Shown: one piece after another, positions 1-13,850 of the stretch | Layout: the number at the start of each line of letters is the position of its first letter | Numbering within the stretch: position 1 is the first letter of the stretch | Assembly: GCA_002104905.1 (NCBI GenBank) | Contig: MCFE01000265.1 | Coordinates: forward strand, 43,915 to 107,914 | Length of the DNA: 64,000 bases | Origin: Basidiobolus meristosporus CBS 931.73 | Lineage: Eukaryota; Fungi; Basidiobolomycota | Direction: 5' to 3' | Notes under the pieces: model-generated | Seen by the model: only the letters and a program-made list of their open reading frames with translations | What the model was told of the DNA's origin: nothing | The model's database searches: none | Position numbers and translations under genes: made by a program

Positions 1-634
1 TGTGCAATTCGCACTATCAATTCCGAAAATCACCGTACTTGGAATATCTGGTACTACTTGTATTGCGCGCATTCGCTCCTCAAGTATCGTTCAATTTTTA
101 TTTCCCTTTGCTTGCAAATACTGCGAACATGCTACGCGTGTTCAATGGTATCTTACTGAGTGGGATAATGGAATTAGAAAGTAGCGGACATTGAGACAAT
201 AGCAAAGAAGGGTTTTGAAGTATGGATTTTCAATTACTATGAAGACCTTTTACATCATTAACCTTACTGTGGAGTTTAGGCAAATTTATTAACAGTGATC
301 GCTTACATTGTGACGCAAATGCCGTTTTGATAACAACCGTAATTTGTTTGTACAAATGACCAAAATAATAATCGGACGCGAATCCAAATTGTTCAAAATT
401 GAATTCAGCTGGTCCGTTAATCCTGCCGAAATTCAAAGTACTTTCAACTCCAATAAGCCTTTAGGAATATCAGAGATACATATCGCTCCTGATAGCTGGT
501 TTCTTGAGTGCGACTGGTTGCCATCGACACCTCGTAAGTAATATCTTTACTAGAACTAAAATAGAATGTGTATGTATATATCTAAAGCTCATTGGGGTCA
601 CTATGCTATTAATCAGGGTATGAAATTAATTCTT

Positions 635-3412
635 TTAAACATCGGGCGATCGCTTGTGATGTTGATAAGAGACACGAGCAAGTTCCATCATCAGGTCCTC
701 CATTTTTCTGTTCTTCTTCTTCATCGACTTGCCATGAGCAAGTCTATCAAAGGCCTCAGAGTTCGACAGGATCATGTACACCATGGCCATGACAACAAAC
801 ACTCCGAACGAGAACAGCCAGATACGGACGACCGCAACAATACTGGTATGCTCGCCAGTGAACCATCCCCAAATTGCAAAGCACGAGGCAAGGATATCAA
901 CGGCAAACACAGCATCAGCCAATTGCCAGGATGGGAGACTCTCGAAGAATGATTTGTTCAGACGAGTGATGAAAATCAACCAATTCTCAGTCAAGGCAAC
1001 TTCAAGGAACATCACTTCTTGCGCTCCACCGAAGTTCTCAATGATGCCGTGACCAGGGACAAAGGTGGTGGTGAATACGATCCAGGTACCGACAGTGAGA
1101 ATGATCGACATGACCAACGAGAGTGCCCACAGCTTGGGTAGGTTCCACTTGACTGGGGTAGCCGAGTAAGGAGCATTATCGTAGGCAACCATGAGAGTGG
1201 CTACATCGGCAAAGATGGCAAGGAACACAACGAGTTCGACATTGATTGTTTCGTTGAGAATGACAATCGAGGTGGTCAAGAAGATCTCCAAGTGAAGGGA
1301 CAGAGCAATACGGTACACGATGTAGGCGTACATACGATGGAAAATCTGGCGAGAAGTCTTGATAGCATCGATGATCACTCCCAGTCCGGGGGCCAAGAAC
1401 ACAATATCGGCAGCGCTACGAGCAGCATCACTAGCTCCTTCCACAGCAATACCGGTATCGGCCTTCTTGAGGGATGGTGCATCATTCACACCATCACCGG
1501 TCATGGCAACAAGGTAGCCACGCTTCTGGAGAATGTCAACGGCATGATACTTGTGCTCAGGGAACACCTCGGCAAATCCATCAGCTGCCTCAACAAAGTC
1601 GTACAACTCTGCTCCAGTCATACCACCCTTTCCCGATGCTCCTCCACCGCCCATACCAAGTTCTTCGGCATTATAGATGTTAGTACCCATTCGAAGTTGT
1701 CTTGCGGTTTCCTTGGCAATACCAACAGCATCGCCGGTAAGCATCTTCACTTTGAGTCCGAGTTCCTGAGCAGTAGCAATAGTCTTTCCGGTATCATAAC
1801 GAGGAGGATCGAACAGTGACAGGACACCAAGAATCTGCCATCCGTTGGCTGGAGTGTACCAAGCAATACCCAAACTTCTGAAACCACGATCGGCAAACTC
1901 AGCAACAACCTCGTTGTACTTCTTAGCAAGATCAGGGTCCAGAGTACCTTCCCTTTGAACCATGCGAAGCACAAATGGTGGGGCACCCTTGACTGCGACA
2001 CACTTGTTACCCTCAGGATCGACAACCTTGGCAACCACCATCTTGGACACAGGATCGAATGGCTGGAACTCAGTCATGCGGTACTCTCTCATTCTTCTCT
2101 TGGCGTTGGGGTACTTTCCGAGTGCCTTCACAACAGCCTTGTCAATGGCGTCCATGCCCTTCTTCTTACGCGAGGCAGCCAAAGCGGAGACAAACAGCAG
2201 CATCTCCTCATCCACTCCATCCACACAGTAAGGATCGTGGAGGGTGAGCTTGTTCTGAGTCAGGGTGCCAGTCTTATCCGAGCACAAGATCTCCACACCA
2301 GCAAGTGATTCGATGGCAGTCAGCTTCTGAACAATAGCCTGCTTCTTAGCCAAGAAGGCAGCTCCAACAGCCATAGTGGTTGTGACCACTGCGGGAAGTC
2401 CGACTGGGACACCAACAACAGTGATGACCAAAGCATACTCCAAGAGCTTGACAATTCCCAGCGAGCGATAGAATCCAGCACTCCAAATGATCAGAAGCCA
2501 GATGACCACAAGCACCAGCAAAACAGTTCCGATGTTGTTGATGACCTCAGTAAAGTGGCCGACTCCATTGGACTTTCCAGCAAGGGCAGCGGCTCTTCCT
2601 ACGAAGGTATGTTTGCCAGTGGCAGTGACAACAGCATAACAGCTACCACGCTTGATGGCTGAGCTACTGAACAACTCATCACCAGGTCCCTTGGAGGCTG
2701 CCAATGACTCGCCAGTCAGCGCTGCTTGATCGACCTGGAGACGTGAGTCCTCACCAAGAATACGAGCATCAGCTGGAACAATCGCACCATCCTCCACGAG
2801 AATGATGTCACCTGGAACGAGCGATGTAGCCTCCACCTGGCCTTCCTTTCCATCTCTGACCGCGATGGCGGAGAGTGCCAATGTCTGCTTCAGCTGGTCA
2901 ATGATGTTGCCAGCCTGGTATTCCTGGATGAACCCGACGAATGCATTCAGTGCCAGCAACCCAATGATCACACCAAGATCGACCCAATCTCTGAGACCTC
3001 CGGAAAGGCCCACAGCAGCCCACATCACATACTGAATGGGGCCGCAGAAGAACATGAAGAACTTGAGGATCTTGCTCTCACTCTCGATGTCGAGCTGGTT
3101 GAGCCCATACTTCTTACGACGGGTGTCAACCTCAGCCGAGGTCAATCCGACCCTTGGATCAGTCTGGAGTAGCTCTTCAGGCACAGCAAGCTCGACGACT
3201 TGGCCATCTTCATCGATTTCCTCCAGTACTTCACCATCATCACTCCATCCGTAGTCACTTAGGATGGAAATAGCTGCTGCAGACTGCTGTGTATCTTTCT
3301 TTGATAGCGGAGTTGTAGCTAATAAATTTCTCGGCGTATTTTCAGGCACCCGCTCTGCGGTAAACTGGACGGAAGTGTTTCTCTCATTTTTTGTGTCTTC
3401 GTTTTCCGGCAT
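635..3412 (-). CDS. PMA1: Plasma-membrane P3A-type H+-ATPase, copy 1 (925 aa, intronless)
   Basis: Complete ORF with [68 protein letters not shown] (M4), [10 protein letters not shown] (M5), AIFADVA (M6); collinear with S. cerevisiae Pma1. The symbol is family-level. Confidence 0.97.
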   Translation of the reverse strand: MPENEDTKNERNTSVQFTAERVPENTPRNLLATTPLSKKDTQQSAAAISILSDYGWSDDGEVLEEIDEDGQVVELAVPEELLQTDPRVGLTSAEVDTRRKKYGLNQLDIESESKILKFFMFFCGPIQYVMWAAVGLSGGLRDWVDLGVIIGLLALNAFVGFIQEYQAGNIIDQLKQTLALSAIAVRDGKEGQVEATSLVPGDIILVEDGAIVPADARILGEDSRLQVDQAALTGESLAASKGPGDELFSSSAIKRGSCYAVVTATGKHTFVGRAAALAGKSNGVGHFTEVINNIGTVLLVLVVIWLLIIWSAGFYRSLGIVKLLEYALVITVVGVPVGLPAVVTTTMAVGAAFLAKKQAIVQKLTAIESLAGVEILCSDKTGTLTQNKLTLHDPYCVDGVDEEMLLFVSALAASRKKKGMDAIDKAVVKALGKYPNAKRRMREYRMTEFQPFDPVSKMVVAKVVDPEGNKCVAVKGAPPFVLRMVQREGTLDPDLAKKYNEVVAEFADRGFRSLGIAWYTPANGWQILGVLSLFDPPRYDTGKTIATAQELGLKVKMLTGDAVGIAKETARQLRMGTNIYNAEELGMGGGGASGKGGMTGAELYDFVEAADGFAEVFPEHKYHAVDILQKRGYLVAMTGDGVNDAPSLKKADTGIAVEGASDAARSAADIVFLAPGLGVIIDAIKTSRQIFHRMYAYIVYRIALSLHLEIFLTTSIVILNETINVELVVFLAIFADVATLMVAYDNAPYSATPVKWNLPKLWALSLVMSIILTVGTWIVFTTTFVPGHGIIENFGGAQEVMFLEVALTENWLIFITRLNKSFFESLPSWQLADAVFAVDILASCFAIWGWFTGEHTSIVAVVRIWLFSFGVFVVMAMVYMILSNSEAFDRLAHGKSMKKKNRKMEDLMMELARVSYQHHKRSPDV

Positions 3413-3484
3413 CCTTTTGGAGGCAGTGAATTCAAATTACCTAGATGATGAACTTGATTACTGGTGCGTGTGGTAAGCGCAAGG

Positions 3485-3491
3485 TTTTATA
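3485..3491 (-). promoter_or_regulatory. Putative TATA box of PMA copy 1
   Basis: TATAAAA on the minus strand ~73 nt upstream of the ATG; similar spacing in copies 2 and 3. Confidence 0.45.
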
Positions 3492-4777
3492 ATTATTATA
3501 TCATGCATGGTAACTCTCATACCCGCCGTTGGTCGTTCCATGGAAATTCCAAATCCAATTATCCTTGTTCATTCAAGCACTGACACTTACAAATCCAGCC
3601 ATTGATTGGAATGATGATCTAGGAATGGATATCGTCTGGACAATTTCTCTGCGTTTGCTATGATGCAACCTCAGAGGATATACTCAACAGTAAACGTGAA
3701 TTGTTCTACTTCAGGGCACACGCCTTTATTTCAGATATTTCGAGGCATTTCAGGCATCAGGGGAAAATCCCCATTACTCTCCAACATACTATCATTTGGC
3801 AAGCATCTGCTTTCAGTATCGAGCGCTATGGGTGGATCATAATAAGCTAAACTTGTTTATGCATATCTATGCTGTCACAATCAACTAGAATCCCCCAATT
3901 TGTACATGGTTTACTATATAATCCCGATGGGAATAAAATAATAATGATCAAGCGATATTAGCACAAACCAAAGATTCATTCCATGTGCCTATATAGCTTC
4001 AAAATATCCAAGTGTTACTATGATATAATGTAGACTTTGAAAGTCAATGGAGCGTCTTAATGAACAGTAGTCATCATTAACAGATAGCGAGCATATCACC
4101 AGATAGGATAAGTATAATCCGTTGTTGTGGCTCAGTTGATTAAGTAAGCGGCTTTTACTAGTGATTAGTTATTGCTTGATAGCCAATGTGGGTTGCGCAC
4201 GGGAAATTCGAGATTCCATTCCGTTGCAAAAAAATCACCTACCTCATCGATAACATCTCCCTGAAATCAGCAATGAGAAGTCTTTATATGGTAGCTCAAC
4301 CTCCTCATCCATTGGTCTTGGTAAACTGTTCACCATATCGGATCATTATTTCACCAGCGATCCCATCGTGATGCCATAACCGTATAAGCAGTCCCATCAC
4401 CAAAACTTATTGGATCAGCGAGTACACACCATGTGTATTCACGACAGTTCCTGCTGCCTTTTTCAGTACTCTACCATGGGCATAAACGCTAAAAATGAAA
4501 CTTGAACACGTGGCTTGATGGAGCGGATACCAGGGGCCAACGTTAACATACAAACAATATTTCAGATATGGGTGAGGTTTTGTCCGAGGATATAATACGA
4601 TTGTTGATGATAGCGATATCTTTTATTAAAATGAATTAAGATGGGTTTGGCAATAGCCAACACCCACCATTTACACCGGACAACTTGGATGTCTATAATC
4701 TATTTGGGTATAATCTATGTAAGGTGTCCGGAATATTAGGACAAGTATGAATTTGAAATCTAAGGTGAACCAGTGAA

Positions 4778-7573
4778 TTAGTGGCTTTCTTCTGAGTCTT
4801 CTTCAGCCAACATAGGTTGCTGCTCATGCTTGACAGAAAGACGGGCCATCTCAACCATGAAGTCCTCCATGCTTCTGTTCTTCTTCTTCATCGACTTGCC
4901 GTGAGCAAGTCTATCGAAGGCCTCGGAGTTCGACAGGATCATGTACACCATGGCCATGACAACAAACACTCCGAACGAGAACAGCCAGATACGAAGAACC
5001 GCAACAATACTGGTATGCTCGCCAGTGAACCATCCCCAGAGTGCAAAGCACGAGGCAAGGACATCAACTGCAAACACAGCACCAGCCAATTGCCAGGATG
5101 GGAGACTCTCGAAGAAGGAAGTGTTCAGACGAGTGATGAAGATCAACCAATTCTCAGTCAACGCAACTTCAAGGAACATCACTTCTTGCGCTCCACCGAA
5201 GTTCTCAATGATACCGTGACCAGGGACAAAAGTGGTGGTGAAGGTGATCCAAGTACCAACGGTAAGGATAATGGCCATAACAAGTGAGAGTGCCCACAAC
5301 TTGGGAAGGTTCCACTTGACTGGGACAGCGGAGTAAGGAGCATTATCGTAAGCAACCATAAGAGTAGCAACATCAGCGAAAATGGCAATGAACACAACCA
5401 GTTCAATGTTCATTGACTCGTTCAGAATGACAGTACTGGTAGTCAAGAAGATTTCCATATGGAGAGAAAGAGCAATACGGTACACGATATAGGCGTACAT
5501 ACGGTGGAAAATCTGGCGAGAAGTCTTGATTGCATCGATGATCACTCCCAGTCCTGGGGCCAAGAACACAATATCAGCAGCACTACGAGCAGCATCACTA
5601 GCTCCTTCTACAGCAATACCGGTATCAGCCTTCTTGAGGGATGGTGCATCGTTCACACCATCACCGGTCATGGCAACAAGGTAGCCACGCTTCTGGAGAA
5701 TGTCGACAGCATGATACTTGTGTTCAGGGAACACCTCAGCAAATCCATCAGCTGCCTCAACGAAGTCGTAGAGTGCTGCTCCAGATAAACCACCTTTATG
5801 CGAACTACCGCCACCGCCCATACCAAGTTCATCAGCGTTGTAGATATTGGTGCCCATTCTGAGTTGTCGTGCGGTTTCCTTGGCAATACCAACAGCATCA
5901 CCGGTAAGCATCTTGACCTTGAGTCCGAGTTCCTGAGCAGTAGCAATAGTCTTTCCAGTATCAAACCGAGGAGGATCGAACAGCGACAAGACACCAAGAA
6001 TCTGCCATCCGTTAGCTGGGGTGTACCAAGCAATACCCAAACTTCTGAAACCACGATCGGCGAACTCAGAGACAACCTCGTTATACTTCTTAGCAAGTGC
6101 AGGGTCCAGATTACCTTCCCTTTGAACCATACGAAGCACAAATGGTGGGGCACCCTTGACTGCGACACACTTGTTGCCCTCAGGATCGACAACCTTGGCA
6201 ACCACCATCTTGGACACAGGATCGAATGGCTGGAACTCAGTCATGCGGTACTCTCTCATTCTTCTCTTAGCGTTGGGGTACTTTCCGAGTGCCTTCACAA
6301 CAGCCTTGTCAATGGCGTCCATGCCCTTCTTCTTACGCGAGGCAGCCAAAGCGGAGACAAACAGCAGCATCTCCTCATCCACTCCATCCACACAGTAAGG
6401 ATCGTGGAGGGTGAGCTTGTTCTGAGTCAGGGTGCCAGTCTTATCCGAGCACAGGATCTCCACACCAGCAAGTGATTCGATGGCAGTCAGCTTCTGAACA
6501 ATAGCCTTCTTCTTAGCCAAGAAGGCAGCTCCAACAGCCATAGTGGTTGTGACCACAGCGGGAAGACCGACTGGAACACCAACGACAGTGATGGCCAAGG
6601 CATACTCCAAAAGGGTGACAATGCTGAGAGAACGATAGAAACCAGCACTCCAGATAATCAATAACCACAGGATCACAAGCACTAGCAGAACAGTACCAAT
6701 GTTGTTGATGACCTCAGTGAAATGTCCCACTCCGTTAGATTTTCCAGCAAGGGTAGCGGCTCTTCCTACGAAGGTATGTTTACCGGTGGCAGTAACTACA
6801 GCGTAACAGCTACCACGCTTGATACCAGAACTACTGAACAACTCGTCACCAGGTCCCTTGGAGGCTGCCAATGACTCACCAGTAAGAGCGGATTGATCGA
6901 CCTGGAGGCGGGAGTCTTCACCAAGAACGCGACAATCAGCGGGGACAATTGCACCATCTTCAACGAGAATGATATCTCCGGGAACAAGCGAGGTAGCCTC
7001 AACTTGTCCCTCCTTTCCATCTCTCACTGCGATAGCCGATAGGGCCAATGTCTGCTTCAGTTGATCAATGATGTTACCAGCTTGGTATTCCTGAAGGAAA
7101 CCAACGAATGCGTTCAACGTAAGCAAACCAATAATGACACCAAGATCAACCCAATCTCTGAGACCTCCGGAAAGACCAACGGCGGCCCACATCACATACT
7201 GAATGGGGCCACAGAAGAACATGAAGAACTTGAGCAGTTTGCTCTCACTCTCGATATCGAGCTGGTTGAGGCCATACTTCTTACGACGATTTTCGACTTC
7301 AGCGGATGACAATCCAGTGCTAGGATCAGTTTGGAGTAACTCCTCTGGAGTAGCCGTCTCCACCACCTCACCATCCTCATCAACCTCTTCCGCCGCTTCA
7401 CCATCATCACTCCAACCGTAGTCACTAAGGATAGAAATGGCGGCTGCAGATTGTTGAGTATCTTTCTTCGATAGTGGGGAAGTTGCAGTCAAGTTCCTTC
7501 CACCCTCTGGGGCGGCCTGTTCAGAATCAAACTGAACTGTGGCGTTGTTCATGTTTGTGCCTTCGTCTGACAT
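4778..7573 (-). CDS. PMA1: Plasma-membrane P3A-type H+-ATPase, copy 2 (931 aa, intronless)
   Basis: Complete ORF, same catalytic and membrane motifs as copy 1. Confidence 0.97.
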   Translation of the reverse strand: MSDEGTNMNNATVQFDSEQAAPEGGRNLTATSPLSKKDTQQSAAAISILSDYGWSDDGEAAEEVDEDGEVVETATPEELLQTDPSTGLSSAEVENRRKKYGLNQLDIESESKLLKFFMFFCGPIQYVMWAAVGLSGGLRDWVDLGVIIGLLTLNAFVGFLQEYQAGNIIDQLKQTLALSAIAVRDGKEGQVEATSLVPGDIILVEDGAIVPADCRVLGEDSRLQVDQSALTGESLAASKGPGDELFSSSGIKRGSCYAVVTATGKHTFVGRAATLAGKSNGVGHFTEVINNIGTVLLVLVILWLLIIWSAGFYRSLSIVTLLEYALAITVVGVPVGLPAVVTTTMAVGAAFLAKKKAIVQKLTAIESLAGVEILCSDKTGTLTQNKLTLHDPYCVDGVDEEMLLFVSALAASRKKKGMDAIDKAVVKALGKYPNAKRRMREYRMTEFQPFDPVSKMVVAKVVDPEGNKCVAVKGAPPFVLRMVQREGNLDPALAKKYNEVVSEFADRGFRSLGIAWYTPANGWQILGVLSLFDPPRFDTGKTIATAQELGLKVKMLTGDAVGIAKETARQLRMGTNIYNADELGMGGGGSSHKGGLSGAALYDFVEAADGFAEVFPEHKYHAVDILQKRGYLVAMTGDGVNDAPSLKKADTGIAVEGASDAARSAADIVFLAPGLGVIIDAIKTSRQIFHRMYAYIVYRIALSLHMEIFLTTSTVILNESMNIELVVFIAIFADVATLMVAYDNAPYSAVPVKWNLPKLWALSLVMAIILTVGTWITFTTTFVPGHGIIENFGGAQEVMFLEVALTENWLIFITRLNTSFFESLPSWQLAGAVFAVDVLASCFALWGWFTGEHTSIVAVLRIWLFSFGVFVVMAMVYMILSNSEAFDRLAHGKSMKKKNRSMEDFMVEMARLSVKHEQQPMLAEEDSEESH

Positions 7574-7651
7574 ACTTGAAAGCTTCTTAGTACTTTGGAT
7601 ACTAAGAGGTGTGTAAGTAGAGAATTGATGTTATACTCCTATCTCTGCTCC

Positions 7652-7659
7652 TTTATATA
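7652..7659 (-). promoter_or_regulatory. Putative TATA box of PMA copy 2
   Basis: TATATAAA on the minus strand ~79 nt upstream of the ATG. Confidence 0.55.
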
Positions 7660-9128
7660 CTGTTTGGATGTACGTCTCTTTACCCGTATCTTGATAATTC
7701 GGAAATGACACGATATGTTCCTCGCGAGTCTGTCCCAAAATGGGAATCGATTGGAAGATTATGGACTAGAGTCTCCATGCGGCGAATGATATGGTGGTAC
7801 CAGATATATCGGTAATAGGTTTTTCAGTGGCATCGATCTTTTGGGAAGATATTTCTGTTGATACCTACAAATCAGCTGCTTGATAGTGGTCTACTTTCGA
7901 AATGCGCGATTTAGAGACATCTCGGTAACCAATATTGTCTCATCATCAGTTGGAATAAATTTTATTAAACTTTTTACTTATGTCACCAAAACTTTATAAT
8001 ATCAGATAATCGGTATGTTGGGTCTTCTTTTGGATGAGATTTGCTTATACTATGCAATAGGGTACTGGCCTATACAGGTCCCTAAAGCTAGGTGTTTACG
8101 GACTGATAGTGCTCATTAAGCGGGATTTACCTAAGATACAGCAAAACATGGCTGCGAAATGGGAATATTCAGTTTATGCTTTGTGTACGCTAATCAGTAA
8201 GATTTGTTTTCCGATGATCGTTAATGGATAATAGGGTAAATGGATTATCGCACGCATTGATTTAAATTGTATCCTATCTTATTTATCGGGATCATCTCGC
8301 AGTTGTTGAAATCTTGGTGGGAGTACACGCTCAAGAGCATGATATTGAGGCTTTGGGATTAGCGACATTGAAATACAGTACAGTGAATCCCACGGGTTAC
8401 CTACCGCTAGAATGTATTTTAAGTACCTATCTTGCCTCCTATAGGCGATACCCAATGCAACTGCCAAACACGATAGCGATGGAACCAATAGTGACAATGC
8501 TATGCACTTACTCACGCTGTCATCTTTATTCTAATATATCGTGTTATACATATTCATGTATTTCTTGTATCTGTTCAGGCTAAATAATCAGGAGTCCATA
8601 ATAGCCAATAGGTAGCCAGATCGCAAAAAACGTTGATCCACTTTTATATACCATATATAGTTAATCGCCTCTGCAAACACCTATTATACCAGCATGCCAT
8701 ATTTGTCGCACAAAAATGAGCAACTTGTGCTACATATTCCGTATCCAACGATTCCTATTATGAAACCTAAGATCTATCAATACGGCCGCTTACTCATTGA
8801 CAAATGGGATAATATTTACGCACCAAAAATCGTGATAAAGACTGCGTAATTTTGACGGGACATTAGATCGATGAATCACATACCCTAATAATTCCCCCAG
8901 TCCAAATATGGCAAATGGTCACCTGGATTTTTCACCAAATTTCTTCACCGTTGCTTCAAGCATAACTAACGTCAGATAGTAAGGGATTCATTCCAGAATG
9001 ATTGGAACATACAGTAAATTTTTATTAATGACTTGATTTATAATTCTATGGAGTAAAAATGCAGGTACGGCTGAAGTAAGGTAAAATACTACGGCAACAA
9101 TTCTAAATGTAAATTACAATGGTAAAGG

Positions 9129-11906
9129 TTAATGGCCCTCCTTGCCCTTCTTGCCCTCCTCTTCTTCGAGCATAGGTTGCTCTTCATGACGAAGGGAAAG
9201 ACGTGCCATCTCAACCATGAAGTCCTCCATGCTTCTGTTCTTCTTCTTCAACGACTTACCATGAGCAAGTCTATCGAAGGCCTCAGAGTTTGACAGAATC
9301 ATATAAACAAGTGCCAACACCACGAATACTCCGAACGAGAACAACCAGATACGAAGAACCGCAACAATACTGGTATGCTCGCCAGTGAACCATCCCCAGA
9401 GTGCAAAGCACGAGGCAAGGACATCAACTGCAAACACAGCACCAGCCAATTGCCAGGATGGGATACTTTCAAAGAAGGAAGTGTTCAGACGAGTGATGAA
9501 AATCAACCAATTCTCAGTCAAGGCAACTTCAAGGAACATCACTTCTTGTGGTCCACCAAAGTTCTCAATGATACCGTGACCAGGGACAAAAGTGGTGGTG
9601 TAGGTGACCCAAGTACCAACGGTAAGAATGATGGCCATAACAAGTGAGAGTGCCCACAACTTGGGAAGGTTCCACTTGACTGGTACGGCGGAGTAAGGGG
9701 CATTATCGTAGGCAACCATAAGAGTAGCAACATCAGCGAAAATGGCAATGAACACAACCAGTTCAATGTTCATTGACTCGTTCAGAATGACAGTACTGGT
9801 AGTCAAGAAGATTTCCATATGGAGAGAAAGAGCAATACGGTACACGATATAGGCGTACATACGGTGGAAAATCTGGCGAGAAGTCTTGATTGCATCGATG
9901 ATCACTCCCAGTCCTGGGGCCAAGAACACAATATCAGCAGCACTACGAGCAGCATCACTAGCTCCTTCTACAGCAATACCGGTATCGGCCTTCTTAAGGG
10001 ATGGTGCATCGTTCACACCATCACCGGTCATGGCAACAAGGTAGCCACGCTTCTGGAGGATGTCGACAGCATGATACTTGTGCTCAGGGAACACCTCAGC
10101 GAATCCATCAGCTGCCTCAACGAAGTCGTAGAGTGCTGCTCCGGATAAACCACCCTTACCAGATGCTCCACCACCGCCCATACCAAGTTCATCAGCGTTG
10201 TAGATATTGGTGCCCATTCTGAGTTGTCTTGCGGTTTCCTTGGCAATACCAACAGCATCACCGGTAAGCATCTTGACCTTGAGGCCGAGTTCCTGGGCGG
10301 TAGCGATAGTCTTTCCAGTATCAAACCGAGGAGGATCGAACAGTGACAGGACACCAAGAATCTGCCATCCGTTGGCTGGGGTGTACCAAGCAATACCCAA
10401 ACTTCTGAAACCACGGTCGGCGAACTCAGCAACAACCTCGTTGTACTTCTTAGCAAGTGCAGGGTCCAGATTGCCTTCCCTTTGAACCATGCGAAGCACA
10501 AACGGTGGAGCACCCTTGACTGCGACACACTTGTTGCCCTCAGGATCGACAACCTTGGCAACTACCATCTTGGACACAGGATCGAACGGCTGGAATTCCA
10601 ACATGCGATACTCTCTCATTCTTCTCTTAGCGTTAGGATACTTTCCGAGTGCCTTCACAACAGCCTTGTCAATGGCGTCCATACCCTTCTTCTTACGCGA
10701 GGCAGCCAAAGCGGAGACAAACAGCAGCATCTCCTCATCCACTCCATCCACACAGTAAGGATCGTGGAGGGTGAGCTTGTTCTGAGTCAGGGTACCAGTC
10801 TTATCCGAGCACAGGATCTCCACACCAGCAAGTGATTCGATAGCAGTCAGCTTCTGAACAATAGCCTTCTTCTTAGCCAAGAAGGCAGCTCCAACAGCCA
10901 TAGTGGTTGTGACCACAGCGGGAAGACCGACTGGAACACCAACGACAGTGATGGCCAAGGCATACTCCAAAAGGGTGACAATGCTGAGAGAGCGATAGAA
11001 ACCAGCACCCCAGATGATCAACAGCCAAAAGATAACAAGAACCAGCAGAACAGTACCAATGTTGTTGATGACCTCAGTGAAATGACCAACTCCGTTAGAT
11101 TTTCCAGCAAGGGTAGCGGCTCTTCCTACGAAGGTTTGTTTACCAGTGGCAGTAACAACAGCGTAACAGCTACCACGCTTGATACCAGAACTACTGAACA
11201 ACTCGTCACCAGGTCCCTTGGAGGCTGCCAATGACTCGCCAGTAAGAGCGGATTGATCGACCTGGAGGCGGGAGTCTTCACCAAGAACGCGACAATCAGC
11301 GGGGACAATTGCACCATCTTCAACGAGAATGATATCTCCGGGAACAAGCGAGGTAGCCTCAACTTGTCCCTCCTTTCCATCTCTCACTGCGATAGCCGAT
11401 AGGGCCAATGTCTGCTTCAGTTGATCAATGATGTTACCAGCTTGGTATTCCTGAAGGAAACCAACGAATGCGTTCAACGTAAGCAAACCAATAATGACAC
11501 CAAGATCAACCCAATCTCTGAGACCTCCGGAAAGACCAACGGCGGCCCACATCACATACTGAATGGGGCCACAGAAGAACATGAAGAACTTGAGCAGTTT
11601 GCTCTCACTCTCGATATCGAGCTGATTGAGGCCATACTTCTTGCGACGATTTTCGACCTCAGCGGATGACAATCCTACTCTCGGATCCGTCTGGAGAAGT
11701 TCTTCGGGAACCTGGGATTCCACAACTTGTCCATCCTCATCCACTTCTTCGGCCGCTTCACCTTCTTCACTCCATCCGTAGTCACTAAGGATAGAAATGG
11801 CAGCAGCGGATTGTTGTGTTTCCTTTTTGGTCAAACCAGAAGTAGGCGTCAGAAGAGTGGATTCATTATTTTCGCCCCCATTTCCAGCATTTGCATTTTC
11901 CGACAT
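9129..11906 (-). CDS. PMA1: Plasma-membrane P3A-type H+-ATPase, copy 3 (925 aa from the second in-frame ATG)
   Basis: All P3A motifs present. Start placed at 11906 (MSENANAG...) rather than 12047 because the 47-aa extension has no paralog counterpart and contains the TATA-like box at the conserved spacing. Confidence 0.95.
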   Translation of the reverse strand: MSENANAGNGGENNESTLLTPTSGLTKKETQQSAAAISILSDYGWSEEGEAAEEVDEDGQVVESQVPEELLQTDPRVGLSSAEVENRRKKYGLNQLDIESESKLLKFFMFFCGPIQYVMWAAVGLSGGLRDWVDLGVIIGLLTLNAFVGFLQEYQAGNIIDQLKQTLALSAIAVRDGKEGQVEATSLVPGDIILVEDGAIVPADCRVLGEDSRLQVDQSALTGESLAASKGPGDELFSSSGIKRGSCYAVVTATGKQTFVGRAATLAGKSNGVGHFTEVINNIGTVLLVLVIFWLLIIWGAGFYRSLSIVTLLEYALAITVVGVPVGLPAVVTTTMAVGAAFLAKKKAIVQKLTAIESLAGVEILCSDKTGTLTQNKLTLHDPYCVDGVDEEMLLFVSALAASRKKKGMDAIDKAVVKALGKYPNAKRRMREYRMLEFQPFDPVSKMVVAKVVDPEGNKCVAVKGAPPFVLRMVQREGNLDPALAKKYNEVVAEFADRGFRSLGIAWYTPANGWQILGVLSLFDPPRFDTGKTIATAQELGLKVKMLTGDAVGIAKETARQLRMGTNIYNADELGMGGGGASGKGGLSGAALYDFVEAADGFAEVFPEHKYHAVDILQKRGYLVAMTGDGVNDAPSLKKADTGIAVEGASDAARSAADIVFLAPGLGVIIDAIKTSRQIFHRMYAYIVYRIALSLHMEIFLTTSTVILNESMNIELVVFIAIFADVATLMVAYDNAPYSAVPVKWNLPKLWALSLVMAIILTVGTWVTYTTTFVPGHGIIENFGGPQEVMFLEVALTENWLIFITRLNTSFFESIPSWQLAGAVFAVDVLASCFALWGWFTGEHTSIVAVLRIWLFSFGVFVVLALVYMILSNSEAFDRLAHGKSLKKKNRSMEDFMVEMARLSLRHEEQPMLEEEEGKKGKEGH

Positions 11907-11986
11907 CTCTATTAGTTTAGTTTCACTGCGACCTCCACTGTTCGGAATAAGCAATGATCTGAATTTCGAATGGAAGTGCCCCACGG

Positions 11987-11993
11987 TTATATA
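11987..11993 (-). promoter_or_regulatory. Putative TATA box of PMA copy 3
   Basis: TATATAA on the minus strand ~81 nt upstream of ATG 11906. Confidence 0.55.
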
Positions 11994-12949
11994 CCCCCTT
12001 GAGACTGGAATTTTTGGCGCTAGTCTTCTCCCTTGACGCGACGCCATTGGTCCATGATCGGCTAAGTATTTTTACGTGATTGGTGAATTCATATTGATGG
12101 TTATATCTTATGCCATCGCTATTCAATTCTTCCGCCTGGTGTGAGGTTAATGTTGGCATAAGCACCTTATTCTACACACTAGTCCAAGTTAGTATAGTGT
12201 ACTACACGGGATGATGTAATCTTCGGCCATGCTCGATTCTTATTTGCGGCCCAGTCTAAGTGGTAGCAGTTACGCATTCGGTTAGAGCATCTCAATCCGG
12301 CATCTCCAGAATGATTTTCATCGGGATTGATACAGCAGAAGCAATCTTATCACTCGATAATGAATCAGCACTGTTAATACTTTAACCATCACATTGTTGG
12401 ACTACTCCCTTGGTTGACCTCAAACAATGATTGTTTATGAGTGACCCTTACACGAAAAATATCACCAAGGCTCATATGGACTGTTTACCACGGACGCGAG
12501 ATATGATCTATTCTCTCACGGTGCAAAATTCCTCGGTGGATGCTGAGGACCTCGCTATTACGTAGTCGGTAGAAATATTTTGCTTAGACATGGACCAAAT
12601 CGTTTAGACGCCAATTTAAGCAGATGGTTAATATTGGTACCTTCGATGCTATCTTTAACTGCGAAATAATCCATTGTTGGCGGGATGCCGTCATGAGCCT
12701 CAACTTATTTCCGCTAAACTATGTTTATGCAACAATCGGCGTTATCAGTTTAATCAACATGTGTAGGTAGCGAAGTTTACGAATCAGTATGGTGATGAGG
12801 ATGCGGATTCGATGGGTGATTCAGTGCTCAATACTCACAAGTCCTTTCCAAAAGGAGAATAAAACATACAGATCTGCCCAATGAACCTCGAGGGATGGGA
12901 ATGATTACATTCCTTCTGGACGTCAAATAATTTTGGCGGTTGCTTGGTG

Positions 12950-13850
12950 TCCAGAGTCGAATCATGAGTCATGCCAACTCTCTAAACTTCCATACCTCTT
13001 CCTCCTTTTTTCATGTAAAGAGTGGCTTGGATTTGACCAAGATCACCAATGGCCACGAGGGAATACTGCGAGATGGGATAAAACCCGCAGAATACTAGTG
13101 TCATGGCCGATCAATCATCCGAAAGTAACAAAGGCCAGCACAGGTACATCAGAAGCAAACATGGTCCGAGCCAACTGCTGAGATGCCCAGCTCTTGATAA
13201 GTGTTATGTTCAGACGAGATGACGACCGACCAACTTTCAGTCAAAGCGACCTCAACCACCAAATTTCTTGGCGGCATTCATGCTAGTGATACATACAGTC
13301 CAAATACCGACGATATGACTGAACCTCACGACAGGTGAAAATGACCACAGAAATGGTGGCTGAGTATGTGGTATGATCCGCGCGAAGTATAATATGTTGG
13401 CATATATACGATAGGGAAGCTGGCGAAAAGTCTCAATAACATCGATCCTCACACTCACTCCTGGAGCCAAGAATCCGAGATCAGCAGTGCTGCGAACCAC
13501 GTGCAACCAAACTAGCTGGGATGATCCACGCAATCGGTTTTCTAATGTGAACGAAGGAATGCAATGCAGATTGAATTCAATCGTGTTCTCTGTGCTGGCG
13601 ATTCTGTTGACACCGAGAATTTCCATCCTGGGTAATGAGGTCTCTATTGCCCACCAAATCATGAAATACTTTTAACCAATCTTTCCGCCCCTATCGTCTG
13701 ATCGCTGACGGGTGGCAAAACCTACACCAGGATTCGACATCGGTGTCTTGTTTGGCGGCTAATCCATGGTTCTCGAAGTTACATTCGGATTTCATGTCGT
13801 GACAACCACGCGAAACCTCCTTTACCTTAGGAAAATGGTCACGGTGCAGC
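12950..13850 (-). pseudogene. Decayed PMA H+-ATPase relic (P-domain and C-terminal membrane region)
   Basis: VVRSTADLGFLAPGVSVRIDVIETFRQLPYRIYANILY matches [38 protein letters not shown]; AIETSLPRME matches [11 protein letters not shown]; 13208-13257 reads EVALTESWSVVISSE vs [15 protein letters not shown]. Deletions and frameshifts; ends approximate. Confidence 0.85.

Noticed and set aside
566-12036. Many plus-strand ORFs (up to 225 aa) inside PMA copies 1-3, recurring in each copy
   Set aside because: Antisense or off-frame shadows of the conserved coding sequence; recurrence reflects paralogy.
11907-12047. 47-aa N-terminal extension of PMA copy 3
   Set aside because: No counterpart in paralogs and overlaps the TATA-like box; probably promoter/5' UTR.
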